DNA of 32,641 nucleotides from an uncultured Alphaproteobacteria bacterium. GTDB taxonomy: Bacteria; Pseudomonadota; Alphaproteobacteria; Rs-D84. Under the pieces are notes generated by a model. That model did not search any database. It had not been told where the DNA came from and saw only the letters and a program-made list of their open reading frames with translations. Positions within the stretch are counted from its first letter, which is position 1; each line of letters begins with the position of its first letter. Both the position numbers and the translations under genes were made by a program. Below are positions 16,874 through 26,634 of the stretch, piece by piece. The stretch is from positions 1-32,641 of the forward strand of contig CANQCM010000001.1 in assembly GCA_947589625.1 (NCBI GenBank), given 5' to 3'.

Positions 16874-17833
16874 ATGGTGGAAAATATGGAAAAACAAATT
16901 CAAGAAACAACCAATTTGGCAGATTTACAAGCCTTGTATACATCTGTTTTTGGCAAAAACGGCACAATGACGGCAAAACTGCGCCAAATGGCAACACTGG
17001 ACAATGACGCGCGTGCAAAATTAAATAATGAAAATACGCGGTTGCGCGAACTGTTTCGTGTGCGTCAGGCGGAAATTGAAAACGCAGAAATGATGGCGAA
17101 TTTGAAAAAACAAAAATTAGACGCAACATTGTCGCCACTGCCTGAAAACAGGGGAACTTTGCACCCGTTGACTCATTCTTTGCATGAAATTTCAACGATT
17201 TTGGAATCGTTTGGATATACAATGTGGACTGGCCCAGAAATAGAAGACGATTGGCATAATTTTACCGCATTAAATACGCCTGCACACCACCCTGCGCGCG
17301 ATATGCAAGATACTTTCTTTATGCCAAATGGCAATGTTTTGCGCACCCAGACATCTGCGATTCAGATTCGTGCAATGGAAACACATGGGGTGCCAATTAA
17401 AATGTTCGGCATTGGTTCAACATATCGTAAAGAAATGGACGCAACACACAGTCCTATGTTCCACCAGATAGAAGGTCTGTATGTTGATAAAAATATCACA
17501 ATGTCTGATTTAATTGGCGATGTGAAAGAATTCTTGAAACGGTTTTTTGAAATGGACGATGTCAAGATTCGTATTCGCCCATCTTATTTTCCATTTACAG
17601 AACCCAGTATTGAAATTGATATGCTGTGGCAAGGTAAAAAATGGCTGGAAATTATGGGCGCAGGTATGGTGCACCCAAATGTTCTTGCCAATTGCGGCAT
17701 AAATCCAAATGAATATCAGGGCTTTGCGTTTGGTTTTGGTTGGGACAGATTGGCAATGTTAAAATATAACCTGAACGATATACGCAAATTCTATGACGGT
17801 GATGTGCGCTGGTTGAAAAATGCAGGATTTTAA
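16874..17833 (+). CDS. pheS: Phenylalanine--tRNA ligase alpha subunit
   Basis: Class II motifs FRPSYFPFTEPS, GAGMVHPNVL and GFAFGFGWDRLAML. An alternative start is ATG 16886, preceded by GGTGGA. Confidence 0.93.
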   Translation: MVENMEKQIQETTNLADLQALYTSVFGKNGTMTAKLRQMATLDNDARAKLNNENTRLRELFRVRQAEIENAEMMANLKKQKLDATLSPLPENRGTLHPLTHSLHEISTILESFGYTMWTGPEIEDDWHNFTALNTPAHHPARDMQDTFFMPNGNVLRTQTSAIQIRAMETHGVPIKMFGIGSTYRKEMDATHSPMFHQIEGLYVDKNITMSDLIGDVKEFLKRFFEMDDVKIRIRPSYFPFTEPSIEIDMLWQGKKWLEIMGAGMVHPNVLANCGINPNEYQGFAFGFGWDRLAMLKYNLNDIRKFYDGDVRWLKNAGF

Positions 17834-17850
17834 TATATAGGGGTTGAATT

Positions 17851-20154
17851 ATGAAATGGACTTATGATTGGTTGTGTGATTGGTTAAAAACAGATTTAGA
17901 CGCAAATCAAATTGCAGATGTGCTGACCCGTACAGGGCTGGAAGTTGACGATGTTATATCGCCAATTGCACCAATTGCGGCAAAAATCGTAGAATGTAAA
18001 CCGCATGAAAACAGCGACCATTTGCATGTTCTGATGGTGGACGATGGCACAAAAAAACTGCGTCAGGTTGTATGTGGTGCGCCAAATGCGCGTGTAGGTT
18101 TGATTTCTGCGCTGGCATTACCAGGGTGCGTGATAGAAGGACACGAAATTCAAAGTGGAAAATTGCGCGGTGTTATATCTGACGGTATGATGTGCAGTCC
18201 GCGCGAGTTGGGCATCAGCGATGACCACAGCGGTATTATTGAATTAGACGAAAAGACAAAAATCGGCACACCTGTTATAAAATCTGAAACAGTTTTTGAC
18301 GCAGGTATCACCCCGAATCGCCCTGATTATTTAGCGGTGCGTGGTATTGCGCGCGATTTGTCTGCGTGTGGTGCAGGTCAATTTATTGATAAAAAAATCC
18401 CAGAATTAAAACCTGTAAAATCTGCGCGCAATGTAATTATCAAAACAGATAAATGTCCGACATATCAATTCTGTGAAATAAGTGGTGTTAAAATCGCGCC
18501 CAGCAATGACACAATTAAATCGCGTCTGGCGGCAATTGGAATCAATCCAAAGAACGCGGCAATAGATGCAACAAATTATGTTTGTTATGATTTGTGTCAA
18601 CCAATGCACTGTTTTGACGCAGACCAAATTCATGGTGATATCATTGTACGCAATGCGACCGCTGGGGAAAAATTCACTGATTTGTTTGGCGGTGAACATA
18701 CACTGACCGATGCAGATATTGTTATTGCGGACAATGACGGAATCTTGGCGTTGGCAGGTGTCGTTGGTGGTGCGCGTGGTATGACGACCAATGATACAAA
18801 AAATATATTACTGGAAAGTGCGTATTTTGCCCCTGTATCTGTGCGCAAGACTGCCAAACGATTGGGAATTTCTACGGATTCATCATATCGTTATGAACGC
18901 GGAATTGACCCAACTGTTTCAGGTGTTGCGTTGGCATATGCCGCAGATATTATCATGCGCGAATGTGGCGGTAAAATCACAGGTACTGGCATTGGTGGCG
19001 CGATAAAAACGCCTGATGTTAAAATAGAATACAGCCCAGAATTATTTACCAAAAAAACGGGTATTGAAATGGACACTGAAACGCAATCTAAAATTTTAAC
19101 AGGATTGGGTTTTGCGGTTGATAAACATGGCGACAAATGGACAATTACACCGACACCTGCGCGTGTTGATGTTGTGTTGCCAGAAAACATTGTGTCTGAA
19201 TTGGTGCGTATTTATGGTTATGATAAAATCGCAGAAAACGCGGCGCATCATGCGTCAGATATGGCGGCGCATAATGACGGCGATTTGTGGTTAAAAAATA
19301 TATTGGCATCGCGTGGCTTGAACGAGGCTGAATCTTTCGGATTTGGTAACAGCGCGACCGAGGCATTAATTTATGATGATGCGCCAATTAAAATATTAAA
19401 TCCGATTGTTGCAGATATGGATACTGCGCGTCGCGGTCTGTTGGGTAATATGCTGGAATTCGTTGCGTCTAATGAAAAGCGTGGATTCCCAGATGTAAAT
19501 TTGTTCAATGTTGGTGTTGTGTTTGACGGTGATGCACCAAACGCGCAACACACGCAATGCGTTATTGTGCGGTCTGGCAATACATCGCCACGGCATTGGA
19601 CACGGCGCAACAGACAGGTTGATATTTACGATGTAAAATCTGATTTAATTGCGTTAATGCAAAATCAGAAATTTACTGTTGATACAGAAAATGCACCGCG
19701 CTGGGCGCACCCGTTCAGATATGGCGCAATATATCAAGGCAAAAAGAAAATTGCTGAATTTGGCGAATTGCACCCAATGGTCGCACGCGCATTAAAGATA
19801 AAAACAAATGTTGTGATTGCGGTGGTTGATAATATTGAAAACTTGCCGCGTCCGCGTCGTGCGCACGAACCTGTGATTTCTGAATTTCAACCGATAACAC
19901 GCGATTTTGCGTTTATTGTTGATAATGATTTTGCCGCAGAAAAAATAGTTGCTACTGCACGCGGCGCAGACAATCGCATTTCAGATGTTGTCATATTTGA
20001 CGCGTTTGATATGGGCGATGGAAAAAAGTCAATTGCGTTCACAATTACAATCACACCAACAGAAAATATGTCAGATGGTGATTTAATGAATTTGCAAAAT
20101 TCTGTCATAAAATCTGTTGAATCAAAATGTAATGCAAAAATACGCGATAAATAA
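17851..20154 (+). CDS. pheT: Phenylalanine--tRNA ligase beta subunit
   Basis: 767 aa. N-terminal tRNA-binding (OB) domain, plus B3/4, B5 and FDX-ACB regions. Directly follows pheS. Confidence 0.93.
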   Translation: MKWTYDWLCDWLKTDLDANQIADVLTRTGLEVDDVISPIAPIAAKIVECKPHENSDHLHVLMVDDGTKKLRQVVCGAPNARVGLISALALPGCVIEGHEIQSGKLRGVISDGMMCSPRELGISDDHSGIIELDEKTKIGTPVIKSETVFDAGITPNRPDYLAVRGIARDLSACGAGQFIDKKIPELKPVKSARNVIIKTDKCPTYQFCEISGVKIAPSNDTIKSRLAAIGINPKNAAIDATNYVCYDLCQPMHCFDADQIHGDIIVRNATAGEKFTDLFGGEHTLTDADIVIADNDGILALAGVVGGARGMTTNDTKNILLESAYFAPVSVRKTAKRLGISTDSSYRYERGIDPTVSGVALAYAADIIMRECGGKITGTGIGGAIKTPDVKIEYSPELFTKKTGIEMDTETQSKILTGLGFAVDKHGDKWTITPTPARVDVVLPENIVSELVRIYGYDKIAENAAHHASDMAAHNDGDLWLKNILASRGLNEAESFGFGNSATEALIYDDAPIKILNPIVADMDTARRGLLGNMLEFVASNEKRGFPDVNLFNVGVVFDGDAPNAQHTQCVIVRSGNTSPRHWTRRNRQVDIYDVKSDLIALMQNQKFTVDTENAPRWAHPFRYGAIYQGKKKIAEFGELHPMVARALKIKTNVVIAVVDNIENLPRPRRAHEPVISEFQPITRDFAFIVDNDFAAEKIVATARGADNRISDVVIFDAFDMGDGKKSIAFTITITPTENMSDGDLMNLQNSVIKSVESKCNAKIRDK

Positions 20155-20160
20155 TAAAAA

Positions 20161-20189
20161 ACACCAGCATTTGCTGGTGTTTTTTTTTA
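20161..20189. terminator. Bidirectional rho-independent terminator between pheT and accC
   Basis: ACACCAGC (20161..20168), loop ATTT, GCTGGTGT (20173..20180). An A-run lies upstream and a T8 run downstream. Confidence 0.8.
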
Positions 20190-21557
20190 CTTATCTGATT
20201 CAGATTTTTTTGGTGGATTTTTCAAATATTCTTCCAACCAATGATTATCAAAATTTAATTTGCGAACATCAGGATTTTCCAACAACCGTTTATGCAAAGG
20301 AATTGTTGTTTTAACACCATCAATCACAAATTCGTCCAGCGCACGCGCTGCACGCATAATACATGCAGGCCGTGATTGTGCATGAACAATCAGTTTTGCA
20401 ATCATGGAATCATATGTTGGCGGTATAACATAACCTGTATAAACAGCACTGTCTACGCGCACGCCCAATCCGCCAGATGGTGCATATAATGTGATTTTAC
20501 CTGGGTTGGGAATCAGTGTTTCTGGGTCTTCGGCATTGATACGAAATTCAATTGCATGACCGTGTGGCACGACATTAGATTGCGTATAGCCCAATTTTTC
20601 GCCTGCGGCGATACGAATCTGTTCGCGTACCAAATCAACACCATAAACCATTTCGGTTACAGGGTGTTCTACCTGCAGACGAGTATTCATTTCCAAGAAA
20701 TAGAATTTGCCGTCTTCATACATAAATTCAAATGTGCCTGCACTGGTATAGCCCATTTTTTTCGCAGCCGTTTTGCAGATTTCAATCATATCATCGCGCT
20801 GTTTTTGCGTCAGTGCTGCCGCAGGACATTCTTCCATAATTTTTTGGTTTTTGCGTTGTAATGAACAATCGCGTTCGCCAAAAATCACAACATTGCCGTG
20901 TTTGTCGCCCAGTACTTGAAATTCAATATGCCGTGGGTGTAACAGCAATTTTTCCATGTATAATGTATCATCGCCAAAGCCTGATTTCGCCTCGTGTTGG
21001 GTAATGGCAAAAGCCTCGGCCATGTCTTCGGCGCGCATTACAGGGCGCATTCCGCGACCACCGCCACCGGACGCCGCTTTTAACATAACTGGATAGCCGA
21101 TTTTTTCTGCACATGCCAGTGCCGCATCAACCGATTCAACTGCGCCGTCTGAACCTGGCACCACAGGCAGCCCACATTTTATTGCGGTCTTTTTTGCATT
21201 AACCTTGTCACCCATTTTAGAAATCATATCTGCACTGGGGCCAATCCAAATAAGACCGTGCTGTTCAACCTTTTGCACAAAAGATGCGCGTTCAGACAAA
21301 AAACCATAGCCCGGGTGAATTGCGTCTGCGTTGGTCAACAATGCTGCGGTTAAAATCGCTGATTCGTTCAAATATGATTCTTGTGATGGCCCTGGGCCAA
21401 TACAAACAGATTCGTCCGCCAATTGTACATGCATGGCATTGCGGTCAACCGTAGAATACACCGCAACTGTACGAATGCCCATATCGCGACACGCACGAAT
21501 AACACGCAACGCGATTTCGCCACGATTGGCAATCAAGACTTTTTTTATTTGCGACAT
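20187..21557 (-). CDS. accC: Acetyl-CoA carboxylase biotin carboxylase subunit
   Basis: Contains KVLIANRGEIALRVIRAC and GGGGRGMR (ATP-grasp). ATG 21557 lies 1 nt after the accB stop. The track start at 21572 is a TTG inside accB. Confidence 0.93.
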   Translation of the reverse strand: MSQIKKVLIANRGEIALRVIRACRDMGIRTVAVYSTVDRNAMHVQLADESVCIGPGPSQESYLNESAILTAALLTNADAIHPGYGFLSERASFVQKVEQHGLIWIGPSADMISKMGDKVNAKKTAIKCGLPVVPGSDGAVESVDAALACAEKIGYPVMLKAASGGGGRGMRPVMRAEDMAEAFAITQHEAKSGFGDDTLYMEKLLLHPRHIEFQVLGDKHGNVVIFGERDCSLQRKNQKIMEECPAAALTQKQRDDMIEICKTAAKKMGYTSAGTFEFMYEDGKFYFLEMNTRLQVEHPVTEMVYGVDLVREQIRIAAGEKLGYTQSNVVPHGHAIEFRINAEDPETLIPNPGKITLYAPSGGLGVRVDSAVYTGYVIPPTYDSMIAKLIVHAQSRPACIMRAARALDEFVIDGVKTTIPLHKRLLENPDVRKLNFDNHWLEEYLKNPPKKSESDK

Positions 21558-21558
21558 T

Positions 21559-22002
21559 TTATTCAATAACAATTATAGGTTGGTCAAATTCAACCGCTTG
21601 GCCATCAGAAACTAAAATTTCTTTGACCACACCATCTTTATCAGATTTCAGTGGGTTGAATGTTTTCATGGCTTCTATCAATGCGACAGTATCGCCCGAT
21701 TTGACTTGTGCGCCAACAGTGGTAAATGGTTTTGCACCTGGTTCTGGCGCCAGATATGCCACACCCACCATTGGTGATTTTAACACATGCCCCTTGATAG
21801 ATTGTGCGCCTGATTCTGAATTTGGCTTTTTAGTGTCCAGCGCAGGCATTGTTGGCATTGCGACCGCCGCCGCAACTTGTTTAGATAAATGAATATGTTT
21901 GCGATAAACACCAAATAAAAATTGGCGTTCTAATTCCAGTTCTGTTATTCCCATTTCGTCCATAATTTTAGACATGGATTCAACGGTTGCATGAAATGAC
22001 AT
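21559..22002 (-). CDS. accB: Biotin carboxyl carrier protein of acetyl-CoA carboxylase
   Basis: 147 aa. Biotinyl-lysine motif IEAMKTFN within a C-terminal lipoyl-like fold. AAAGGA RBS. Confidence 0.9.
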   Translation of the reverse strand: MSFHATVESMSKIMDEMGITELELERQFLFGVYRKHIHLSKQVAAAVAMPTMPALDTKKPNSESGAQSIKGHVLKSPMVGVAYLAPEPGAKPFTTVGAQVKSGDTVALIEAMKTFNPLKSDKDGVVKEILVSDGQAVEFDQPIIVIE

Positions 22003-22065
22003 ATTTTAATCCTTTTATATATTACCCATAAAGTGTATCAAATTTTATCATAATTGACCGTATTG

Positions 22066-22305
22066 TCAAGGGACAGGGTCATAACCAAATCCGCCCAGTG
22101 GTCTGCACCTCATAATTCGCCGCAATCCCATATATGTGCCGCGTAAAACACCGTATTTTTCAATTGCGATACGGGTATACTCGCTGCATGTCGGGGTAAA
22201 TCGGCATGCCGCACAGCCCCCAGTTATGGGCGATATAGCGCGCTGATAAAAACGAATTAGTCCAATTGCGCCACGGGTTGTGATTTTTTTGATTTCTTGA
22301 TACAT
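22066..22305 (-). CDS. yidD: Membrane protein insertion efficiency factor YidD
   Basis: 79 aa with the signature YQRAISP....[10 protein letters not shown]. Overlaps the 3' end of rnpA by 49 nt. Confidence 0.85.
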   Translation of the reverse strand: MYQEIKKITTRGAIGLIRFYQRAISPITGGCAACRFTPTCSEYTRIAIEKYGVLRGTYMGLRRIMRCRPLGGFGYDPVP

Positions 22306-22646
22306 CTTGCAGTTATTCTTATGTGTTTTAATGCGCGCATCATGGCACGGCGCCCGTCTTCGCGCGATGCGTCCAGAATTGGCGCACGGGCAAAAAATAT
22401 ATAATCCAGCCCGTCGTTTAACAGTTTTTCATTAAACCGTATCCAATCGCGCAATTTGCGTTTTGCCAGATTGCGTTCAACAGCATGCCGAAATATGCGC
22501 TTGGTCACCGTCAGACCATATCGCGCATCGCACGGTGTTTTTGTTTTACGCGCCCGAACCAGAAAATATGCACTATGTGCCACCAGACAATCGTCTGGCA
22601 TATTAAAATCGTTATGATTTTTAATTGTATCTCGCATGTCTGACAT
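22257..22646 (-). CDS. rnpA: Ribonuclease P protein component
   Basis: 129-aa basic protein with the RNR-like motif [16 protein letters not shown]. Lies upstream of yidD, the conserved arrangement. Confidence 0.85.
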   Translation of the reverse strand: MSDMRDTIKNHNDFNMPDDCLVAHSAYFLVRARKTKTPCDARYGLTVTKRIFRHAVERNLAKRKLRDWIRFNEKLLNDGLDYIFFARAPILDASREDGRRAMMRALKHIRITARCIKKSKKSQPVAQLD

Positions 22647-22702
22647 AATACCAGAATATATAAATAATCAAATAAAAAAGCATAAATTTTTATGTGTTGC
22701 CC

Positions 22703-22731
22703 TTGATTTTTTGCCATCTGTGATTTATAGT
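22703..22731 (+). promoter_or_regulatory. Candidate sigma70-type promoter for mreB (TTGATT-N17-TATAGT)
   Basis: Hexamers at 22703..22708 and 22726..22731, about 45 nt upstream of the mreB ATG. Confidence 0.4.
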
Positions 22732-22757
22732 GCAATCAAATTAATCAAATGTTATAA

Positions 22758-23825
<1,068 letters not shown>

Positions 23826-23830
23826 TATTA

Positions 23831-23854
23831 CGGGCGCACAATCGCCCGTTTTTT
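23831..23854 (+). terminator. Rho-independent terminator after mreB
   Basis: CGGGCG (23831..23836), loop CACAAT, CGCCCG (23843..23848), then TTTTTT. Confidence 0.7.
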
Positions 23855-23858
23855 AATA

Positions 23859-23886
23859 TTGCAATCTGTAATTTCTTTGATATAAT
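23859..23886 (+). promoter_or_regulatory. Candidate promoter for tRNA-Val (TTGCAA-N16-TATAAT)
   Basis: Hexamers at 23859..23864 and 23881..23886. The -10 hexamer ends 11 nt before the mature tRNA 5' end. Confidence 0.5.
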
Positions 23887-23897
23887 CACGGGGCTAT

Positions 23898-23974
23898 GGG
23901 TGGTTAGCTCAGTTGGTTAGAGCGTTACGTTGACATCGTAAAGGTCGTTGGTTCGAGTCCAATACCACCCACCA
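23898..23974 (+). tRNA. tRNA-Val (anticodon GAC), CCA encoded
   Basis: Cloverleaf folded by hand. Acceptor stem GGGTGGT/ACCACCC. D stem GCTC/GAGC. Anticodon stem TTACG/CGTAA with loop TTGACAT. Variable loop AGGTC. T stem GTTGG/CCAAT with loop TTCGAGT. Discriminator A followed by CCA. Confidence 0.93.
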
Positions 23975-23993
23975 GATTTCAAAGGTAAAAATT

Positions 23994-24011
23994 ATGCGAA
24001 TGCAGATGTAA
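23994..24011 (+). promoter_or_regulatory. Candidate leader mini-ORF ATG-CGA-ATG-CAG-ATG-TAA (M-R-M-Q-M) upstream of metG
   Basis: AAAGG (23981..23985) lies 8 nt upstream of the ATG. Three of the five sense codons are Met. It sits between tRNA-Val and metG with no terminator before it. Confidence 0.3.
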
Positions 24012-24044
24012 TAATATAAACAAACATTTACAACAGGATTCTCT

Positions 24045-24064
24045 GGGCGCCCTGTTGGGCGCCC
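24045..24064 (+). promoter_or_regulatory. GC-rich hairpin / duplicated palindrome GGGCGCCC-TGTT-GGGCGCCC in the metG 5' region
   Basis: Each 8-mer is self-complementary, so the two copies can form an 8-bp all-GC-rich stem with a TGTT loop. It is followed by ATATAATT, which is AU-rich but not a clean U-tract. It lies 24 nt before the metG ATG. Confidence 0.5.
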
Positions 24065-24087
24065 ATATAATTAAAAAGGCGCAACAA

Positions 24088-26085
24088 ATGGAAAATAAAA
24101 ATAACAAATATTTAATTACTTCTGCATTGCCGTATGTTAATGGCGAATTGCACTTGGGTCATTTGGTTGGGTGCTGGTTGCCGTCTGATGTTTATGCGCG
24201 TTTTTGTCGTGCAATGGGTCGTGATGTTTTATTTGTCTGTGGCGCAGACGAACACGGCACACCGGCAATTGTTGGTGCGGCGCGCGAAGGTATGCCAATT
24301 TTGGAATACAATAACAAATATTATGACAAGCATTTGCGTGCGGTGCATGATTTTAATCTATCGTTTGATTTATATGGTCGCACACATACCCAATTGCAAG
24401 AAAAATTGATTCACGAATTATTTTTGCGCCTTGACGCACAGGGTTTAATTTCAGAACGCGAAACGATTCAGCCCTATTCTGTTGATGACAAAATGTTTTT
24501 GGCAGATCGGCAACTGGTTGGCACATGTCCCAATTGCGGTTATGAAAACGCGCGTGGTGACCAATGTGATAAATGCGGTGCGATTTACGAGGCGACAGAA
24601 TTAAAAAATCCGCGCAGCGTGATTTCAGGTTCTGATAAAATAGAAGCGCGCCCAACAAAAAATCTGTTTTTCTTGGCGTCAAAAATGCAAACAAAGTGGC
24701 AAAAATGGTTGGCCCAGACAACGAAAAAATGGCCACGCAGTGCCGCAGCAATCGCAAATGGTTGGGCAAACGATGGTTTGCGTGATACATCTATTACGCG
24801 CGATTTGTCGTGGGGAATTCCTGTGAACAAGCCGGGATACGAAGATAAAGTTTTCTATGTTTGGTTTGATGCGCCATGGGGTTATGTTTCTATATCCCAA
24901 GCCGCGCGCCCGAACGATTGGGACACATGGTGGAAAAATCCAGATTGCCACTATGCACAATTTATGGGCAAAGATAATGTTAAATTTCATGCGGTATTTT
25001 TCCCAGAACAACAATTGGCAATGAACGACAATTGGAAAACTGTTGATGTATTAAAAGCCATGAATTTCTTGAATTTTGAAGGCGGTAAATTTTCAAAATC
25101 GTCTGGTCGTGGCATATTTCTTGACGCGGCAATTGACATTGCGCCTGCAGATGCATGGCGATATGCGTTGATGGCGTCTGCACCTGAAACAGATGATAAC
25201 GATTTCAAAATTGAACGATTTGCAGATATTGTAAATAAAGACCTGAACGGCATGTTGGGCAATTTTGTATCGCGCGTATGTAAACTGGTTGCGAAAAATT
25301 TCGGCGATACTGTTCCAAACGCAGGCAAAACAGATATTGAAACAGATTCAATTAATGCGAAAATATCAGAATTGACCAACGCGTTGGACGCGTGCGAATT
25401 TCGCGCGGCAATTACTGCGTTGCGTGGGTTGTATGCAATTGGTAATGAATTTATGACGCGTAATGCGCCATGGGCGGCAATCAAAGACGGCAATACAGAT
25501 TATGCAGCGGCGGTATTAAACGAATGTATGAATTTAATTGATTTATATGCGCGTGTGTCTGCGCCGTTTATTCCAGATGCTGCGCAAAAAATGCAAAATA
25601 TTTTTGCCACACAACACGATTTATCTTGGCCAAAAACATATGAACATCGTATAAAGGCGGGTGAAAAATTTAGTGTGCCTGAAAACTTGTTTAATCGTAT
25701 TGACGATGAAACAGTTGCCACATTGGTTGCAAAATATGCCAGAAATGATGCAGATACACCGTGTTTAATTACTGCAAAAATTGTGGCGGTAAAACCACAC
25801 CCGTCGCGTGCCGATTTGAATGTTTTAACTGTTGACGATGGTACAACACATGATATTCAAGTTGTATGTGGTGCGCCAAATGTTCGCGATGGAATGATTG
25901 GTGTATATGCGCCAGTTGGTGCGAAAATACCCACAGTAAAAAAGCCTATCGCGCAAAGAACTGTTGCAGGTGTTGAATCTTATGGCATGATGTGCAGTGC
26001 GGCAGAAATCGGAACAGGCACGACCGCAGATAAAATCATTGAATTAGATAGCAATACGAAATTAGGTGAACAATATAAGGCGTAA
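24088..26085 (+). CDS. metG: Methionine--tRNA ligase with C-terminal tRNA-binding (Trbp111/EMAP-like) domain
   Basis: HIGH-type motif YVNGELHLGH, KMSKS-type motif KFSKSSG, and Zn knuckle CPNCGYENARGDQCDKCG. The start was moved to ATG 24088 (AAAAGG RBS). The track start at 24055 is a TTG inside the GC hairpin. Confidence 0.93.
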   Translation: MENKNNKYLITSALPYVNGELHLGHLVGCWLPSDVYARFCRAMGRDVLFVCGADEHGTPAIVGAAREGMPILEYNNKYYDKHLRAVHDFNLSFDLYGRTHTQLQEKLIHELFLRLDAQGLISERETIQPYSVDDKMFLADRQLVGTCPNCGYENARGDQCDKCGAIYEATELKNPRSVISGSDKIEARPTKNLFFLASKMQTKWQKWLAQTTKKWPRSAAAIANGWANDGLRDTSITRDLSWGIPVNKPGYEDKVFYVWFDAPWGYVSISQAARPNDWDTWWKNPDCHYAQFMGKDNVKFHAVFFPEQQLAMNDNWKTVDVLKAMNFLNFEGGKFSKSSGRGIFLDAAIDIAPADAWRYALMASAPETDDNDFKIERFADIVNKDLNGMLGNFVSRVCKLVAKNFGDTVPNAGKTDIETDSINAKISELTNALDACEFRAAITALRGLYAIGNEFMTRNAPWAAIKDGNTDYAAAVLNECMNLIDLYARVSAPFIPDAAQKMQNIFATQHDLSWPKTYEHRIKAGEKFSVPENLFNRIDDETVATLVAKYARNDADTPCLITAKIVAVKPHPSRADLNVLTVDDGTTHDIQVVCGAPNVRDGMIGVYAPVGAKIPTVKKPIAQRTVAGVESYGMMCSAAEIGTGTTADKIIELDSNTKLGEQYKA

Positions 26086-26100
26086 TAAAAAGGCTATATT

Positions 26101-26634
26101 ATGAACACAGAATGCTTTTATACAAAATTTGCAATTAACGGGTATCAGTTTTCGTCTGAAATAACAGACAGTGTTGAAAAATTGTTTTGGCAAATGAAAT
26201 CCAAAAATTTATTGATGTTTGGCAATCACCCTGTGTATAAAATAAATATTAATGTAAAAGAAAATGTTCACAATGCGAATTTTTACCGAAATGTTCAATC
26301 TGAATATGAAATTTTTACAGCCAGCGATATAAAAACAGACGAACAAATTTGCCAATCTGTACGCAAAGAATATGATAAAATACAACATATGCCAGATGTA
26401 TTGGGTGTGCCTGCAATATTAACAAAAGTGTCTGATGTTTATCATGGTTTTGGTATTTTACAACGGCGCCCTATATACGGTGTAAAACGAACTGTCGCAG
26501 GTAAAGATATAGAATGGCATGTTTTGAATCCCGATTCAGATATAGTTATAGATAAAAATTTGAACCAGATTTATCCAGAAAAAACAGGCGCAATGCCAAT
26601 GATATTACAAGAGTTATTACAAAGAACAAAATAA
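26101..26634 (+). CDS. Hypothetical protein (orf177), no recognisable family
   Basis: 177-aa ORF. AAAGG RBS, 15 nt after the metG stop. Its stop abuts the queH ATG (TAAATG). No signal peptide, TM segment or motif that I recognise. It is visibly more AT-rich than its neighbours: 19/60 G+C in the first 60 nt versus 29/60 in a sampled stretch near the metG 3' end. Confidence 0.65.
   Translation: MNTECFYTKFAINGYQFSSEITDSVEKLFWQMKSKNLLMFGNHPVYKININVKENVHNANFYRNVQSEYEIFTASDIKTDEQICQSVRKEYDKIQHMPDVLGVPAILTKVSDVYHGFGILQRRPIYGVKRTVAGKDIEWHVLNPDSDIVIDKNLNQIYPEKTGAMPMILQELLQRTK

Noticed and set aside
16846-16989. A 47-codon ORF starting MTAFYFLTY..., whose Phe/Tyr-rich start is reminiscent of the E. 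coli pheM leader peptide, just before pheS.
   Set aside because: Its ATG lies inside the loop and descending arm of the rplT terminator. It has no SD, and it runs out of frame across the first 115 nt of pheS. The Phe/Tyr codons simply reflect the terminator T-tract.
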